Source: Macrostomum lignano
Taxonomy: Eukaryota
Direction of reading: 5' to 3'
NCBI GenBank assembly: GCA_002269645.1
Contig: NIVC01000655.1
Span: 426,568-490,567, forward strand
Length of the DNA stretch: 64,000 nucleotides
Shown here: piece after piece, positions 1 through 12,871 of the stretch
How the letters are laid out: each line of letters opens with the position of its first letter
How positions within the stretch are numbered: position 1 is the first letter of the stretch
The notes under the pieces: model-generated
Seen by the model: only the letters and a program-made list of their open reading frames with translations
Databases searched by the model: none
Told to the model about the DNA's origin: nothing
Translations under genes and position numbers: made by a program

Positions 1-43
1 TATGAAAAATCCACATGGAATCCATATCATTTTTTTCACTGGG
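1..43 (-). mobile_element. Terminus of a CCCAGTG-TIR DNA transposon extending upstream of the window
   Basis: 1-43 is the exact reverse complement of 4713-4755 (CCCAGTGAAAAAAATGATATGGATTCCATGTGGATTTTTCATA). Confidence 0.8.
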
Positions 44-440
44 GAGAGAGACGAAGAGAATGACGCAGCGTTGAATAGGGTGAAACTTGTCAGGTGCACA
101 TGCGCTGCACAATGGCTGTTTAAGCTAGTGGCTGAGAAGAGAAGAGAAGAGAACTGAGCCTGGAGCCTCCTTGCCCAGAAGAATCCTTCTCGCCAAGTGT
201 ACAGAAAAGCTGCTCTGCTGTAGCCCGCATACTGCATAGTCTCAAGGCCTTGCCAACCAAGTCTGGGCCTGCCTATATTGCAGCCCTTGGTATAGAGAGA
301 TAGGGAGGGAGAGAGGGAGAGACAGGCGGGGGCTGAGGGGCAGGCAGTGCGCTGTTGTCAAGGCCGCAGTACGCTGGGGTTAGAAACTGTGCAGGTAAAG
401 AGCGAACTTGGGGCTGATGTGCCCACCCCACCGCGTCGGT

Positions 441-450
441 CCATAGCAAC
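441..450 (+). promoter_or_regulatory. RFX X-box half-site upstream of CFAP45
   Basis: CCATAGCAAC matches the strong CCATRGCAAC half of the RFX motif, about 170 bp upstream of the ATG of a motile-cilia gene. The left half is degenerate. Confidence 0.5.
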
Positions 451-618
451 GGAGTTTGAAGGCGGCCAGTTTAAAGCGACTCAAACGAGCCATTTATTTA
501 CCCTGCAAGGCCCAGAAAGAGATTGAAATTCTGCTGCAAATTAACGAGGCAGGTAAAAGCAATTCAAACTTGAAGCAGCGAAAGCAGCAGATCAGAAAGG
601 AACAAAATCCAACAAGAG

Positions 619-2855
619 ATGCCGTCAAGCAGCGCTCTGTCCCAATCCTCCGGTGGTCGCCGGGCCCAGCAGCAGCGCTACCGGACCATCTGCCCGCACT
701 CCACAGTCGACGAGAGTCTGTTCGGCGAGCCCCATCGGGTCACTCAGCGCAAAGATCACCAGAAGCAACAGCAGGCGTCCGGTGGGGACGCCATCGAACG
801 AGAGGCCGCCCAACGTCAGGCGCGTCGCCGTCAGCGTCTGAGCGGCAGCCCGCCTCGGGAGCGCGTCCAGGTGGTGACCAAAGACCTCATACGTGACCTG
901 ATCGTGCCGCACGAGGATCCGAGTGGCAACTCGCTGGTGCTGCCGTTCTCCGAGTACCTGCGCATTAAGGCCAAGAGCCGCTTCTCGACCGAGGAGGAGC
1001 GCGAGGCGCAGCACCAGGCCGCCAAGAGGCACGAGGAGGAGGAGCAGGACGCCGTGATGCAGCGCAAGAACAAATTCAAGCAGCTGGACGTGAGCAGGAA
1101 GAAGAGCGAGAAGCTCACGGATCTGGAGGAGGAGGCCAAGGAGAAGGCGGAGCACCTGCTGCAGAAGGCGATGCTGCAGCGTCAGGAGCAGGAGGACGAG
1201 ATCAAGCGGCTCAACGAGCTCATTCTCAATGCCAAATGCCACGCCATCCGCGACGCCCAGATTCTCGAGCGCGAGGAGATGGGCCGCGAACTACGCGACG
1301 AGGAGGTGCGTCTGGACGAGATGATGGAGATCGACAGGCGCAACGCCATCCGCATCCAGGAGGAGATCGAGAAGAAGCGGCGCGAGAACGAAATGGTCGG
1401 CGCCTCGAAGATTGTGGAGCAGATTCACGAGAACGAGCAGGACAAACTGCTCGAACTCGAGCGCAAAGATCAGGAGAACGTGGCCATGGCCAAGTACCTG
1501 GAGCGCCTGATGGAGGAAGAGAAGGTGAAGCTGGAGCGGAAGCGAGCTGAGCAGGACCGGTTGAGAGAGGAACTCAACAAAGCCAACGAAGAAATCATGA
1601 AGCGCAGGGAGGTCGTGAAGGTCCAGGAGAAGGCCCTGGAGGAGAAGGTGCTGCAGTTCCAGCGCGACAAAGCCGAAAGGGAGGCCGCCTACGAGGCGGA
1701 GCAGGAACGAATCAAGGCCGAGAAGGAAAAGGAGGTGGCCCGACTCCGCGCTATGCAGGAGCGGGCGAGCGACGAGCAGGCTGAGCGGGACGCGCTGAGG
1801 GCGAAGCGGGCGGCTGAGGCAGCCGAACGCGAGTGGCGCCGCAAGGAGGCCGAGGAGGCCCTGAAGAGGAAAGAAGTGGAGGCCGACCTGCAGGTGAGTT
1901 TTTCACTTCACTTTAGTTGTTCAGTTGTTATAGGATGTTTAATCCCCCCGTCCCTAAACTCGTTCCCGTCACAAACCCTCAGAACCCCAGCCCCGCCACA
2001 GCCTACACCCCGGAATTTCTACCCCAGCCCCGCCACAGCCTACACCCCAGAATTCCTACCCCAGCCCCGTCACAGCCAGCCCCCTCAGAACTCCTACTCC
2101 AGCCCCGCCACAGCCTACACCCCAGAATTCCTACCCCAGCCCCGTCACAGCCAGCCCCTTCAGAACTCCTACCCCAGCCCCGCCACAGCCTACACCCCAG
2201 AATTCCTACCCCAGCTTCGTCACAGCCAATCCCTCAGAACTCCTACCCCAGCCCCGCCACAGCCAACCCCCCAGAACTACTAGACCCGGCCTCGACACAG
2301 TTAACCCTGCCCCTTCCCTGCCACAGACAACCCCAAGAAGTCCTCTCCCAGACCCGCCATAATCAACTCCCGAACTCCGAATCCCAGCCCCGTCACAGCC
2401 AACCCCCCGGACTCCTACCCAGCCCAGCTTAACCGCGCCCCAACCTGTGACCTGCACACTCCCAGGAGGCCCGGGCGGCTCAGCTGTCCCAGAAGCAGCA
2501 CTTCTTGGCGGCGCAGGCGGCTCGCGAGCGCGCGGAATTCGAGCGAGTCCTGAAAGCCCAGAAGGAGCTGATTGAGAAGGACAAGCGTGAAGAGGCCGAT
2601 CACGACGTTCGCCGGAGAAAATACAACGACGAAATCCGTCGCCAGATTCAGCAGAAGGAGCGCGAAAAGATCCAGGAGCGCAACGCATTCTTCGAGGAGG
2701 CAGTTAAGACCGATGAGGAGGCCAGACTGCGCAGGATGCGGCTTGAGGAGGCCAAGAATCGCAAATTGGCCGAACTGCGCGCGGCCGGCATCCCGGAGAA
2801 ATACCTGGCCCAGGTGGAGCGCAAGATTCACCAGCCGCAGCACGTTTCCTCGTGA
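619..2855 (+). CDS. CFAP45: Cilia- and flagella-associated protein 45 (CCDC19), about 554 aa, 2 exons
   Basis: join(619..1893,2466..2855); donor CAG|GTGAGT, acceptor CTCCCAG|, phase 0. Long E/K/R-rich coiled coil with EIKRLNELILNAKCHAIRDAQILE and AARERAEFERVLKAQKELIEKD, typical of the CFAP45 family. Confidence 0.93.
1975..2440. repeat. C-rich minisatellite in the CFAP45 intron
   Basis: Tandem variants of CCCCAGCCCCGCCACAGCCTACACCCCAGAATTCCTA (about 37-38 bp). Confidence 0.85.
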
Positions 2856-3721
2856 ACAGAACAAAATAATATTAATTTGTAATTTTGTAGTAGCAGGGGT
2901 TTGGCTTACAAAACATATTGGGAATTTTTATGTCTCCTGATGCTGTTCCCGTTCTCTTTCCTCCGTGTCTCTTAGCCCCGTCGTCCGATTCTGTCCGTCC
3001 CGGAGTTTTTTAATAAAAAAAATTCTATCGTTTTGTTATAATACGAACTATAACGAACTATAGACGCATTATAACAAAAATGGTTGCTTTGCTTGTCATA
3101 ATAAAAAATTCAATTTTCATTCACTTTATAAGCATTGGTCTTTGAAGTGAAAAATCTGTTGAAAACTTTGTCACGAAATAATAATTTAAATCTACGGGAT
3201 TTCTTAAAATGCGTATTATTTTAAACAAAATTTCCGTATTGGTCTGATTTGGATCATTTATTTGTACTTTTTCCGCCGAAACTGAAGCGTCAACAAATTT
3301 TAATAAAGGAAGCAAGTTTAGAAAACTTTCATGCTTCGCCCCTGTTAAGTTCTCAAGCTCTTGAGTTGAGTACCGAATAACTCATTGGCCAGGAAAAGGA
3401 AATTAAAGTTAATTTCAACGTTCGAATTTCGTAGTAGTGATTGCCTTATCGTGATCTTGTATTGTTGTCAGAAGTTTCTTCTACCAGTTGCAAAATTCAT
3501 TTTTTACAATCCCACTAACGTCTGGCCTTAAAATTGTGAACCCAAAGTAAATTTTTATTGCCACAGAGCCTTATAATACTCGTATATGAAATCCCAGCTC
3601 TTACTGCGTCTTATCAAACAGCAAAGCAAACCAATTGTACATGCGTAGAATGAAGTTAAACAAATATATGAATTTTGTTCTGAAGCCATAAATCTTTTCG
3701 ATTTTACGTTGCAATTCTCTT

Positions 3722-4378
3722 CAGTGAATTCGGGCGATTCTCATGAGTGAATTCTGGGCGATTCTCATGAGTGAATTCGGGCGATTCTCATGAGTGAATT
3801 CGGGCGAATCTCATGAGTGAATTCTGGGCGATTCTCATGAGTGAATTCGGGCGATTCTCATGAGTGAATTCGGGCGAATCTCATGAGTGAATTCTGGGCG
3901 ATTCTCATGAGTGAATTCTGGGCGATTCTCATGAGTGAATTCGGGCGATTCTCATGAGTGAATTCGGGCGAATCTCATGAGTGAATTCGGGCGAATCTAA
4001 TGAGTGAATTCTGAGCGATTCTCATGAGTGAATTCGGGCGATTCTCATGAGTGAATTCTGGGCGATTCTCATGAGTGAATTCTGGGCGAATCTCATGAGT
4101 GAATTCTGGGCGATTCTCGTGAGTGAATTCGGGCGATTCTCATGAGTGAATTCGGGCGATTCTCATGAGTGAATTCTGGGCGAATCTCATGAGTGAATTC
4201 TGGGCGATTCTCGTGAGTGAATTCGGGCGATTCTCATGAGTGAATTCGGGCGATTCTCATGAGTGAATTCTGGGCGATTCTCATGAGTGAATTCTGGGCG
4301 ATTCTCATGAGTGAATTCCGGGCGATTCTCACGAGTGAATTCCGGGCGATTCTCATGAGTGAATTCCGGGCGATTTTC
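3722..4378. repeat. 24/25-bp minisatellite
   Basis: Tandem CTCATGAGTGAATTC(T)GGGCGATT. Confidence 0.95.
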
Positions 4379-4712
4379 ATGGATGGATTGGGGGAGAGAG
4401 TCACAGCAATGTCAAATACCGGGTATTTGCCCCTCAAAAGACCCTTTTGAGAATTTTCACAGCATGGGAATACTATGTATGTAGTTATTTTCAAGTTCAA
4501 ATTAGGTCAACTCTCGAAACAGATCATGCTGAATGTGCATCGTAAATCTTAGGTTAAGCTTCGGCTTTTGAGAATCCTAGCTTTTAAGGGATTTAACTCG
4601 CAACAGATGAGGAAAGCTGCATTGAGTTCTTGCAGATTTGTGACTCCGAGGTGGTAATCAAGAGTTTCTTAAAACACTATGGGTAGTGAAGTAACTTGGC
4701 TCAAGTCACAAA

Positions 4713-7700
4713 CCCAGTGAAAAAAATGATATGGATTCCATGTGGATTTTTCATATGAAATCCATATGTGCATTTGTCTCCGTCCATCCATGTGGAATCA
4801 AGATATGGATTCCACATGGAAGATCCACATGGAAGTAATTATGTATTTCACATAGAATCCACATTGTCATTGAGTAAGCAGCCATTATACTGGTTGCCAT
4901 AATAAATTGTTGCATCCTAAATCTCAAAATAATACCAGATCTCAAAATTTCATACAAACCCCAGATCTCAATACCATATAAAAGAAACTGAAACACAGAT
5001 AAAACATTAGCTATAGCCAAAAATATTTCTGCACAAAAATATATTCAAAAAGGATGTATCAATAAGTAAGGTGTATTTATGTACAGTAGTGAGTCACTAG
5101 CACACAAAGAATAAACACACTGATGTAGATATTGATATCTTTAGAGTTGCGCTGCGCATATGATATAATATATAATTTGAAATTGACATTGTCAATAGCA
5201 TTAATTAATTAACAATAATATAATGCACCAAAATTAGAACAGTCAGAAACATGCTGCTGCCAATCGCCAGAATGCTGCTTCTTCAGGTCAGGTGAGCAAC
5301 CTTAGAAAAGAAAGGGGTTAAATTACAGAATTTTATAACAGATTGATAATAGATTTTGTAATAGATTTTGATAGATTTTGATCTTATAACAGATTTTGAT
5401 GACAGAAAAAATCAGTTTATAACTAAAACTTACCATTGCTTCACAAAAGGTAGCATTCGAGATATTAAATTCCAATTCCAAGTAGCTTTGCATGCTTCTT
5501 CAAAGGCAAGACCAAGGTGACATCCAAGTTTGAGGATGGGCCATGTAATGTTAGGCATGCATGAAATAGAAAAATAATTGTTGCCAATTAAGATTGATAG
5601 ATAATATTGATATAATTCATAAAACTAATTTAAGGATGAATACTTAATAAAGTTTATTTTAAAATTAACTAGGCCTAAGTCCTAGGTTTATTTTTTAAGC
5701 GCAAAGTGTGCCAGGGGTTAGCGAAATGGGCAGCAATGCCTCCTCGCTGTTTCCGGATGCACAGAGCCCCCTGCAGCTAAGTCAAGTAAGTCAAGTGCAC
5801 CCTAAATCTTAAAATTGTACCTTGAAAACTGAAATTAAAAAGTTGATACAGTTAAGTTGCGATCTCATTACCTATTTTTATGTTGAAGCCTTATTTGCAT
5901 TGCCTTTATATAAGAAAAAAAAGAAACTGCATTCTAAGCCTTAAAATCATAAAACCCTAAAAGTGAGCATAGGGTATGATTTTGCACCTTGTCTCTAGCA
6001 AAAAAGAAAACCCTACCTAAGTCAATCAATAAAATAAAATAAATAAAATTAAAATCATAAGTATAAAAATAATTAATATATGTTTCTATAAATTTAATTT
6101 TTTATTTTAAAATTGATTTGAGACTATAAAGTATATAGGCAAAGCAATGCGTTTTTCATATTTGCAGGCCTAGTATGACTAAAAGGGGGGCCGTAGCCAA
6201 GTGGTAGCGCAGCTGCTCTGGTGTGCCAGCGACCCAAGCTTGAATCCAAGTGCAGTCATATTAATTTGGGGCTGAATTGGAATCTCAGCTTGGCTCTCTG
6301 CTCATGCAATTAATGGCCTTGAGAGCCAACCCCCCAAGGCACAGTGAAGTATACATGCCTAACGATAAATAAAGCTAGGGCCGCTGTACATTCCTATGTG
6401 AGTGTGCTTGCATACATATCCAAATACTTGTGTGCCTGCTCAGGGGAGTCGGCGGAATGGGCAGCAATGCCTCTTGCCAGTTGTGTGCCTATGTCGCTTA
6501 AAGTGTGCCAGGGTGCACACAACCCCCTGCCTCTAATAAAAAAGTAGTATAATCAAACATTAGGCCTAGGCCTAACCTAAGCCTAAATAGCTATGCCCTA
6601 TGGCTTAAAATTAAATTCTGGATTTGGCCTAAATCAGATCAAATTTACAATAATCATTCTTTATTTTTATTAGCAACCTTAGGGATCTGCTAGGCTAGCT
6701 ATGCCAAAAGCAAGTTGCAAGTGTAATTGCAAAGAATTATTTATTATAATTAATAATATTGTTTTTAAAAATGCAACAAGTCCAAAAGATGCTAACAGAC
6801 TTTTTTGAAGAAAATCATAAATTAATTGATTTTTAACATATTAACTAGATTGACTAGTCACAATTCACAAAGTCAAGCTAGTCCTAACCTTAATTAAAAT
6901 AGAAGGACCTAAATTGATAGTTATAGCAGGCCTAGCTTAAAATACACCTATTAAGCATATATATAAATAGATAGGACTAATAGGTAGGACTAAGAGGAAA
7001 TTATGAACTTCTAAAGGCCTATTTAAGTTAAAAAAATGAGTAGGCCCTAGCCAATCTATGGACATGGCCATGGGATTCCTAGAAATTGGAGGCCTAGGCC
7101 TAAATAAATTTATCATGGATTTTACCAAAAGTATTAGGCCTATCTATGATAAAATACTGATTTATCTAATTTCTAATCTCATGGAGGCTATGGCCTGATA
7201 AGTTATTGCCTATAGGCTAGGTCTACTAAAATTTTTAAGGTGCTTAAATAGCCATAAACAAGGCAATTTATCTTTCAAGGCCTTGAATCAAAACATTGAC
7301 GAATATAAAATAAAATAAATTTAATTTTAAAAAGCACGAAGCGTTTTTTATTGTTCACTTCTATTTTGTCTATTTTAACAAACAGTGTCTTATTTGCCGA
7401 TTATAATTTAGCTTTAAGATATTAATTATTACTTTAAAACATATAAATATAATAATGAATTATAGTAATTTCCTAAAAATGTCTGAATGTGGTGTATCAC
7501 AGTTTTTTACCGAAGTGGATTCCATGTTGAATCAATATACGCTTATTTCTCATGAATTCCTTGTAAAATCCACATCAACATTTGGACAGTAAAAATAAAA
7601 AAATAATGCATAAAAAATACTTTGCATACCATTATGACATCTTTAAGTTAATAATTTGCAAAAAATAAAGAAACATTTAAATTCCACATGGCCACGTGGA

Positions 7701-7735
7701 ACCCACGTGGAATCCATGAATCATTTTTCACTGGG
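4713..7735 (+). mobile_element. Non-autonomous TIR DNA transposon, probably CACTA/CMC-type
   Basis: Starts CCCAGTGAAAAA, ends TTTTTCACTGGG; AAA on both flanks (candidate 3-bp TSD); subterminal CCACATGG/CCATGTGG/CCACGTGG repeats at both ends; no transposase ORF. Superfamily assignment is inference. Confidence 0.7.
6186..6543 (+). mobile_element. tRNA-derived SINE nested in the CCCAGTG element
   Basis: Head GGGGCCGTAGCCAAGTGGTAGCGC (A box) and GCTTGAATCC (degenerate B box), A-rich tail; colinear with the copy at 35328-35691. Confidence 0.85.
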
Positions 7736-7947
7736 AAAGAGATAATTATACATAGCGAGTTATACTTAGCCCTGTTTAGGTTCCTTTGCTCAAGAGCAAG
7801 CATGGATAAGAGTAACAATTATGAAGTTTAGTGAGTCCTTTTTTAGCCAAGCAGTGCTTGATTATATACTTTAGCATAGCCAGTAGGACAGACCAAGGGC
7901 AAACCGACAGACGGGAAGATACAGAATGGAGACGGGGGCGTTTCAAA

Positions 7948-8822
7948 AGCTCGAAACCTCACAACCACAAGCTCGAAACCCCACAATCGCAAGCTCAAAA
8001 CCTCACATTCTCAAGCTCGAAACATCACAATCTCAAGCTTGAAACCTCACAATCTCAAGCTCGAAACATCACAATCTCAAGCTTGAAACATCACAATCTC
8101 AAGCTCGAAACGTCACAATCTCAAGCTCGAAACATCACAATCACAAGCTCGAAACGTCACAATCTCAAGCTCGAAACATCACAACCACAACGAATAAATG
8201 TCACAACCACAACGAAGAAACGTCACAACCACAACGAAGAAACGTCACAATCTCAAGCTCGAAACGTCACGATCTCAAGCTCGAAACGTCACAATCTCAA
8301 GCTCGAAACGTCACAATCACAAGCTCGAAACTTCACAACCACAAGCTCGAAACGTCACAATCTCAAGCTCGAAACGTCACAACCACAACGAAGAAACGTC
8401 ACAATCAAGAAACGTCACAATCAAGAAACGTCACAACCACAACGAAGAAACGTCACAACAACAACGAAGAAACGTCACAACCACAACGAAGAAACGTCAC
8501 AACCACAACGAAGAAACGTCACAACCACAACGAAGAAATGTCACAACCACAACGAAGAAACGTCACAACCACAACGAAGAAACGTCACAATCTGAAGCTC
8601 GAAACCCCACAATCGCAAGCTCGAAACATCACAATCTCAAGCTCGAAACATCACAATCTCAAGCTTGAAACATCACAATCTCAAGCTCGAAACGTCACAA
8701 TCTCAAGCTCGAAACGTCACAATCACAAGCTCGAAACTTCACAACCACAAGCTCGAAACGTCACAATCTCAAGCTCGAAACGTCACAACCACAACGAAGA
8801 AACGTCACAAGCTCGAAATTCA
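7948..8822. repeat. 22-bp minisatellite with two unit types
   Basis: Interspersed TCACAATCTCAAGCTCGAAACG and TCACAACCACAACGAAGAAACG units. Confidence 0.9.
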
Positions 8823-9767
8823 CAATCGTGGAAAACCATAGAATAGTCTTGTCGGCTGACAGTTTAAAATGAATTCGATAATGTGAAATTTGAGCTTGTC
8901 TGTCAGCGACCGAACCGAGACAGACAAAGCATTCCGACTGAAAACGGACACAAAATGAAGCAACAAGGACGCCAGCTAGCAGGTTCCGACAAAAAGAGTA
9001 AAGAGAAAAGTTGGTTTGCAGTCTTTTGGAATTCAATTCGCATTAAAATGAAAATGCAGAGCTAAAAGAAGCCGTGCAGCATGCAGTTGCACCAGTCACC
9101 CTTAATAACAGTTAAATGAGGCATGGGTAAGTAGGCAAGGAAGGGAAGCGAGGGCACCTGTCGATCTGGCCAGGCAAGCAAGATTTCGCTTCAAACAGCA
9201 AGAAAATGAGCACGAACCACGAGCAAGCCCGCTCAGTGTAATTCCGATTCCTGACTTTGTTTCGGAAAATTACCTTGGGTCATCATCGATTGGATTATTT
9301 GTTTTCTCAGCAGCGCACTGCTCGTTCGTGTGCGAAAATCCTCGCCGTTGTCTCTTCATGGACAGTTCCGATTCAGACAAAGAAATCGCCGCGGTAAGGT
9401 GAGCTTGCACACAGCTGCTCAAATGATTCTGCGGGAAATTTCTTCGTTAAACGTGAGCTGGCATGCTTTACTGTTTAGGCAGCAGGCGATCGTCCTCCTT
9501 GTAAGACGATAGCCAATGTGGCGAAAATAAAAGCAGACAGATGCTTGCTTGATCCTGGCATTTTCTACTCGACTTGAGCAAGAAGGCAAGATAAATACCC
9601 TTATTTCATGTTAGTTATGCTTTCAGTATATTAAATCAACTTAAGAGCAAATATGTATCTATTTTTACGCAACTTCCTACTAGAAGTAATAGAAACACAA
9701 AAGTAATAAATACAGTGGTTTAGATTGCGTATTTGTCGCAACTGCTGGTGTTGAGAGTAAACAAGCA

Positions 9768-10042
9768 AGATCGGGATTCCCTAAACTTAATTTCAAGATT
9801 TCCACAAATTCAAGATCGGGATTCCCCAAACTCAAGATTGTGATTCCTTAAAATCATGATCGGCATTTCCCCACCTCAAGATCGGGATTTCCCCAAACTC
9901 AAGATCGGGATTCCCTAAACTCAAGATCGGGATTTCCCCAAACTCAAGATCGGGATTTCCCCAAACTCAAGATCGGGATTTCCCCAAACTCAAGATCGGG
10001 ATTCCCTAAACTCAAGATCGGGATTCCCCAAACTCAAGACAG
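9768..10042. repeat. 22/23-bp minisatellite
   Basis: Tandem TCAAGATCGGGATT(T)CCCCAAAC. Confidence 0.9.
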
Positions 10043-10092
10043 GAATTCCATAAAATCCAAAAAGTCCGTAACATAAGCGAGTTAAAAAGTGG

Positions 10093-11593
10093 CTACTTAT
10101 CGCCCCCATTCAGTTTGTCGCTTTCACTGTCAGAGAAAATCCCTTTTAAAGGATAGTTGGGATCTTCAGTCGGATCAAAGCTGACTGACTGACTGAAACG
10201 CAGGCATCGCGGCTTCATCTGCTGCTCGTTGGCAACCTTTCTAACCAGGGCCTCGCGGTCCAGGCCATAGACGGTGAGGTTTTTGGAGTTGAAATTCTCC
10301 GCATTGTCGGACTCCGAGGGCTTCGGCGCACATGTTTTCTGCCGTTTAACAGGTGACAATTTTCGCTCATCAACAGGCGACGGCTTGTACAGTTCTTTGA
10401 GGCGTGCCTCCGACTCTTCCACCGTTTCAAATCGATCTTTAAGTTTGGCCAATTCCAACAGTCTGTCAACAGCTGCTTGGCCACCAGAACCGGCGGTGCG
10501 ATCGATGCTGAATATTAACGGCGGCACTGTGGACATCAGCATGCGCTGGTGCAGCTGGCTTCTGAAATGTCGATAAATTTGTCGATAGAAGCGTCGATAA
10601 ATATGTCGATAAAAATGCCAATAAATAAGTTGACAGAATTGTCGATAAATATGTCGATAGAAGTGCTGGTAAATTTGTCGATAGAAGCGTCGACAAATAT
10701 ATGGACATAATTGTCGATAAATATGTCGGTAGAAATGTCGATAAATATGTCGGTAGAAATGTCGATAAATATGTCGGTAGAAATGTCGATAAATATGTCG
10801 GTAGAAATGTCGATAAATATGTCGGTAGAAATGTCGATAAATATGTCGGTAGAAATGTCGATAAATATGTTCATAGAAGTATCGATAAATATGTCAATAG
10901 AAGAGTCGATACATGCCACTAAATATGTATCTTTTGTGTCGAAAAAAAGTCGCTAAACGTGTCGATAGACATGACTAAAGACACAAATACTGAAGCAGAG
11001 CAAAGCAATTAAAGCAAACGCACCGAATTTCCGACGCATTGGAAAGCAGAGCGGCGTCAATCTCGGAGTCCAGTTCGGGACTGCCTGTTGTCATCCAACT
11101 GACTTGCACCTTGGTCAGGTTGATGTCCATTCTCACCTGAATAAAATAGGAGATAGGTAGCCGTATCTTCAAAGGCATAAACTGAGGATCTGGGAGGCTG
11201 GCCCAGCAACTGAGGATCTGGGAGGCTGGCTTAGCAACTGAGGATCTTGGGAGGTTGGCCCAGCAACTGATACTCTGGGGACAGCGAGTTTCACACCTTG
11301 CTAATCTGAACACTCTGCAAGCAGCGACCAACGCAGCCGGAGATGAAGACCTCCTGCAGGGCATTCCTCAGCATGCTGGACAGCACAATGCTGCGCTTCT
11401 CCTTCTGCAAATTGACCGGTCGGTTGCGCAAAGCCGCCTTCTCCATGTCTGACTTGTCTTTCCGCTGCTTCTTCCGCTCCAGCCACTGGTGGTCTTCGAA
11501 CCAGGGGTGCCTGCAGTTCACAGCGGTGCTGGATTTGAATATTATCTGTGTCTATCTATCTATCTATTTATCTATTTGTCTATCTATCTATCC

Positions 11594-11628
<35 letters not shown>

Positions 11629-12057
11629 CATCTATCTGTCTATCCATCTATCTGTCTATCCATCTATCCATCTATCTGTCTATCTATCTATCTAGCTATC
11701 TGCCTATCCATGCTTGGGCGCAACCTAGGGATTCACCCGGCCGTTTCTATTGGCAACACACACATGTAAGTCGCTATTGGACAGAATAGTAGTCACGTGA
11801 CTGCTCTCAGCCAATAGCGACTTACATGTGTGTGTTGCCAATAGAAACGGCCGGGTGAATCCCTAGGTTGCGCATGTATCTGCCTATCAATCTATCTTAT
11901 GAATTCACTTATCAATTTACACTTACTTTTTAACAGATGACAACTGGCGCGCACAACCGCTGACGCCAAGCGCCTTGCAGAACACCGCAGTAGCAGCGCA
12001 TGCAGAAGGCACGGATTGCAGCAAGTGCCGATAGAAACTTGTCAAAGTATAATGAGA
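10093..12057 (-). CDS. RBFA: Mitochondrial ribosome-binding factor A, 4 exons, about 315 aa; no genomic ATG found
   Basis: complement(join(10093..10561,11024..11136,11297..11528,11927..12057)); GT-AG junctions with consistent phases 2/0/2. Spliced product: SHYTLTSFYRHLLQS...GCARQLSSVKNTAVNCRHPW...LSSMLRNALQEVF...VQISKVRMDINLTKVQVSW...QRMLMSTVPPLIFSIDR...AAVDRLLELA, matching the RbfA domain pattern plus a likely targeting peptide. The exon-2 acceptor was chosen for frame. Confidence 0.82.
10568..10915. repeat. 24-bp minisatellite in RBFA intron 3
   Basis: Tandem TGTCGATAAATATGTCGGTAGAAA. Confidence 0.92.
11181..11270. repeat. 28-bp minisatellite in RBFA intron 2
   Basis: ACTGAGGATCTGGGAGGCTGGCCCAGCA, about 3 copies; same unit as 17030-17260. 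Confidence 0.85.
11550..11710. repeat. (TCTA)n microsatellite
   Basis: Direct reading; in RBFA intron 1. Confidence 0.95.
11718..11873. mobile_element. 156-bp palindromic MITE-like element
   Basis: Perfect 63-bp inverted arms (11718-11780 and 11811-11873) around a 30-bp spacer containing AGTCACGTGACT. Confidence 0.75.
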
Positions 12058-12171
12058 CTGCAAGACAGGTAAATAAATATACGTGTAGAAAAAATTATTG
12101 TACTATCTGCAATAAGTTAAAGATAAGATAAGATAAAAACGACGACAGGTAAAGATAACGTTCAGGTGAGA

Positions 12172-12385
12172 TAAGTCCGGCCAGCAGATAATTGGCAGGT
12201 GAGATAACAGTCAGGCTGGCAGATAATTGGCAGGTGAGATAACAGTCAGGCTAGCAGATAATTGGCAGGTGAGATAACAGTCAGGCCAGCAGATAATTGG
12301 CAGGTGAAATAACAGTCAGGCCAGCAGATAATTGGCAGGTGAGATAACAGTCAGGCCAGCAGATAATTCGCAGGTGAGATAAGAT
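12172..12385. repeat. 35-bp minisatellite
   Basis: Tandem CAGATAATTGGCAGGTGAGATAACAGTCAGGCCAG. Confidence 0.9.
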
Positions 12386-12871
12386 TAATCAGCTGGAAAG
12401 GAGTTAGCCTTCTAAGAACAAAAATGGGTAATTTGGCTTATTTTTAAATATTCTGAACAGAATCTGAGTCTGTGGGCTCAGGGCAAGATTATATTCTTAA
12501 TTAAAATATGCTATTCAAATTATGTATTGGTTTGAAAACTTGATGGAAACCTAATTAATAGCACCATTGGATTAGTGTAAACGCTGCTCAATCAATTACA
12601 AACAGAAGCTAAAAATAACAATTTTAAATCGCATGCATAATCAAAAAATGAATAATTTCAATTTTACAAAATATTGAGGCAAGTAATGCTTAGGGAAATT
12701 ACTCAGGCACATTGTTGCAACACACGAAATGCAGACAGGATTATCAAAACCCAGTAAAATTAATTTGAGTCAAATAAATAAAACACAAAAATATTGATCA
12801 ATTTGCAGTAAAATTAATCTGATTAGATTTTTAGAGTATTGAGAACTACCTACCTATTACTAAGGAAATTT

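Noticed and set aside
1894-2283. Proline-rich C-terminus of the 554-aa ORF
   Set aside because: Read-through into the CFAP45 intron minisatellite; the true protein splices to 2466.
6186-6260. tRNA gene
   Set aside because: The tRNA-like head continues into a 300-bp body and A tail shared with other copies, so it is a SINE.
7831-8846. Overlapping S/T/H/K-rich ORFs
   Set aside because: Products of the 22-bp minisatellite; frame-rotating repeats with no splice or domain support.
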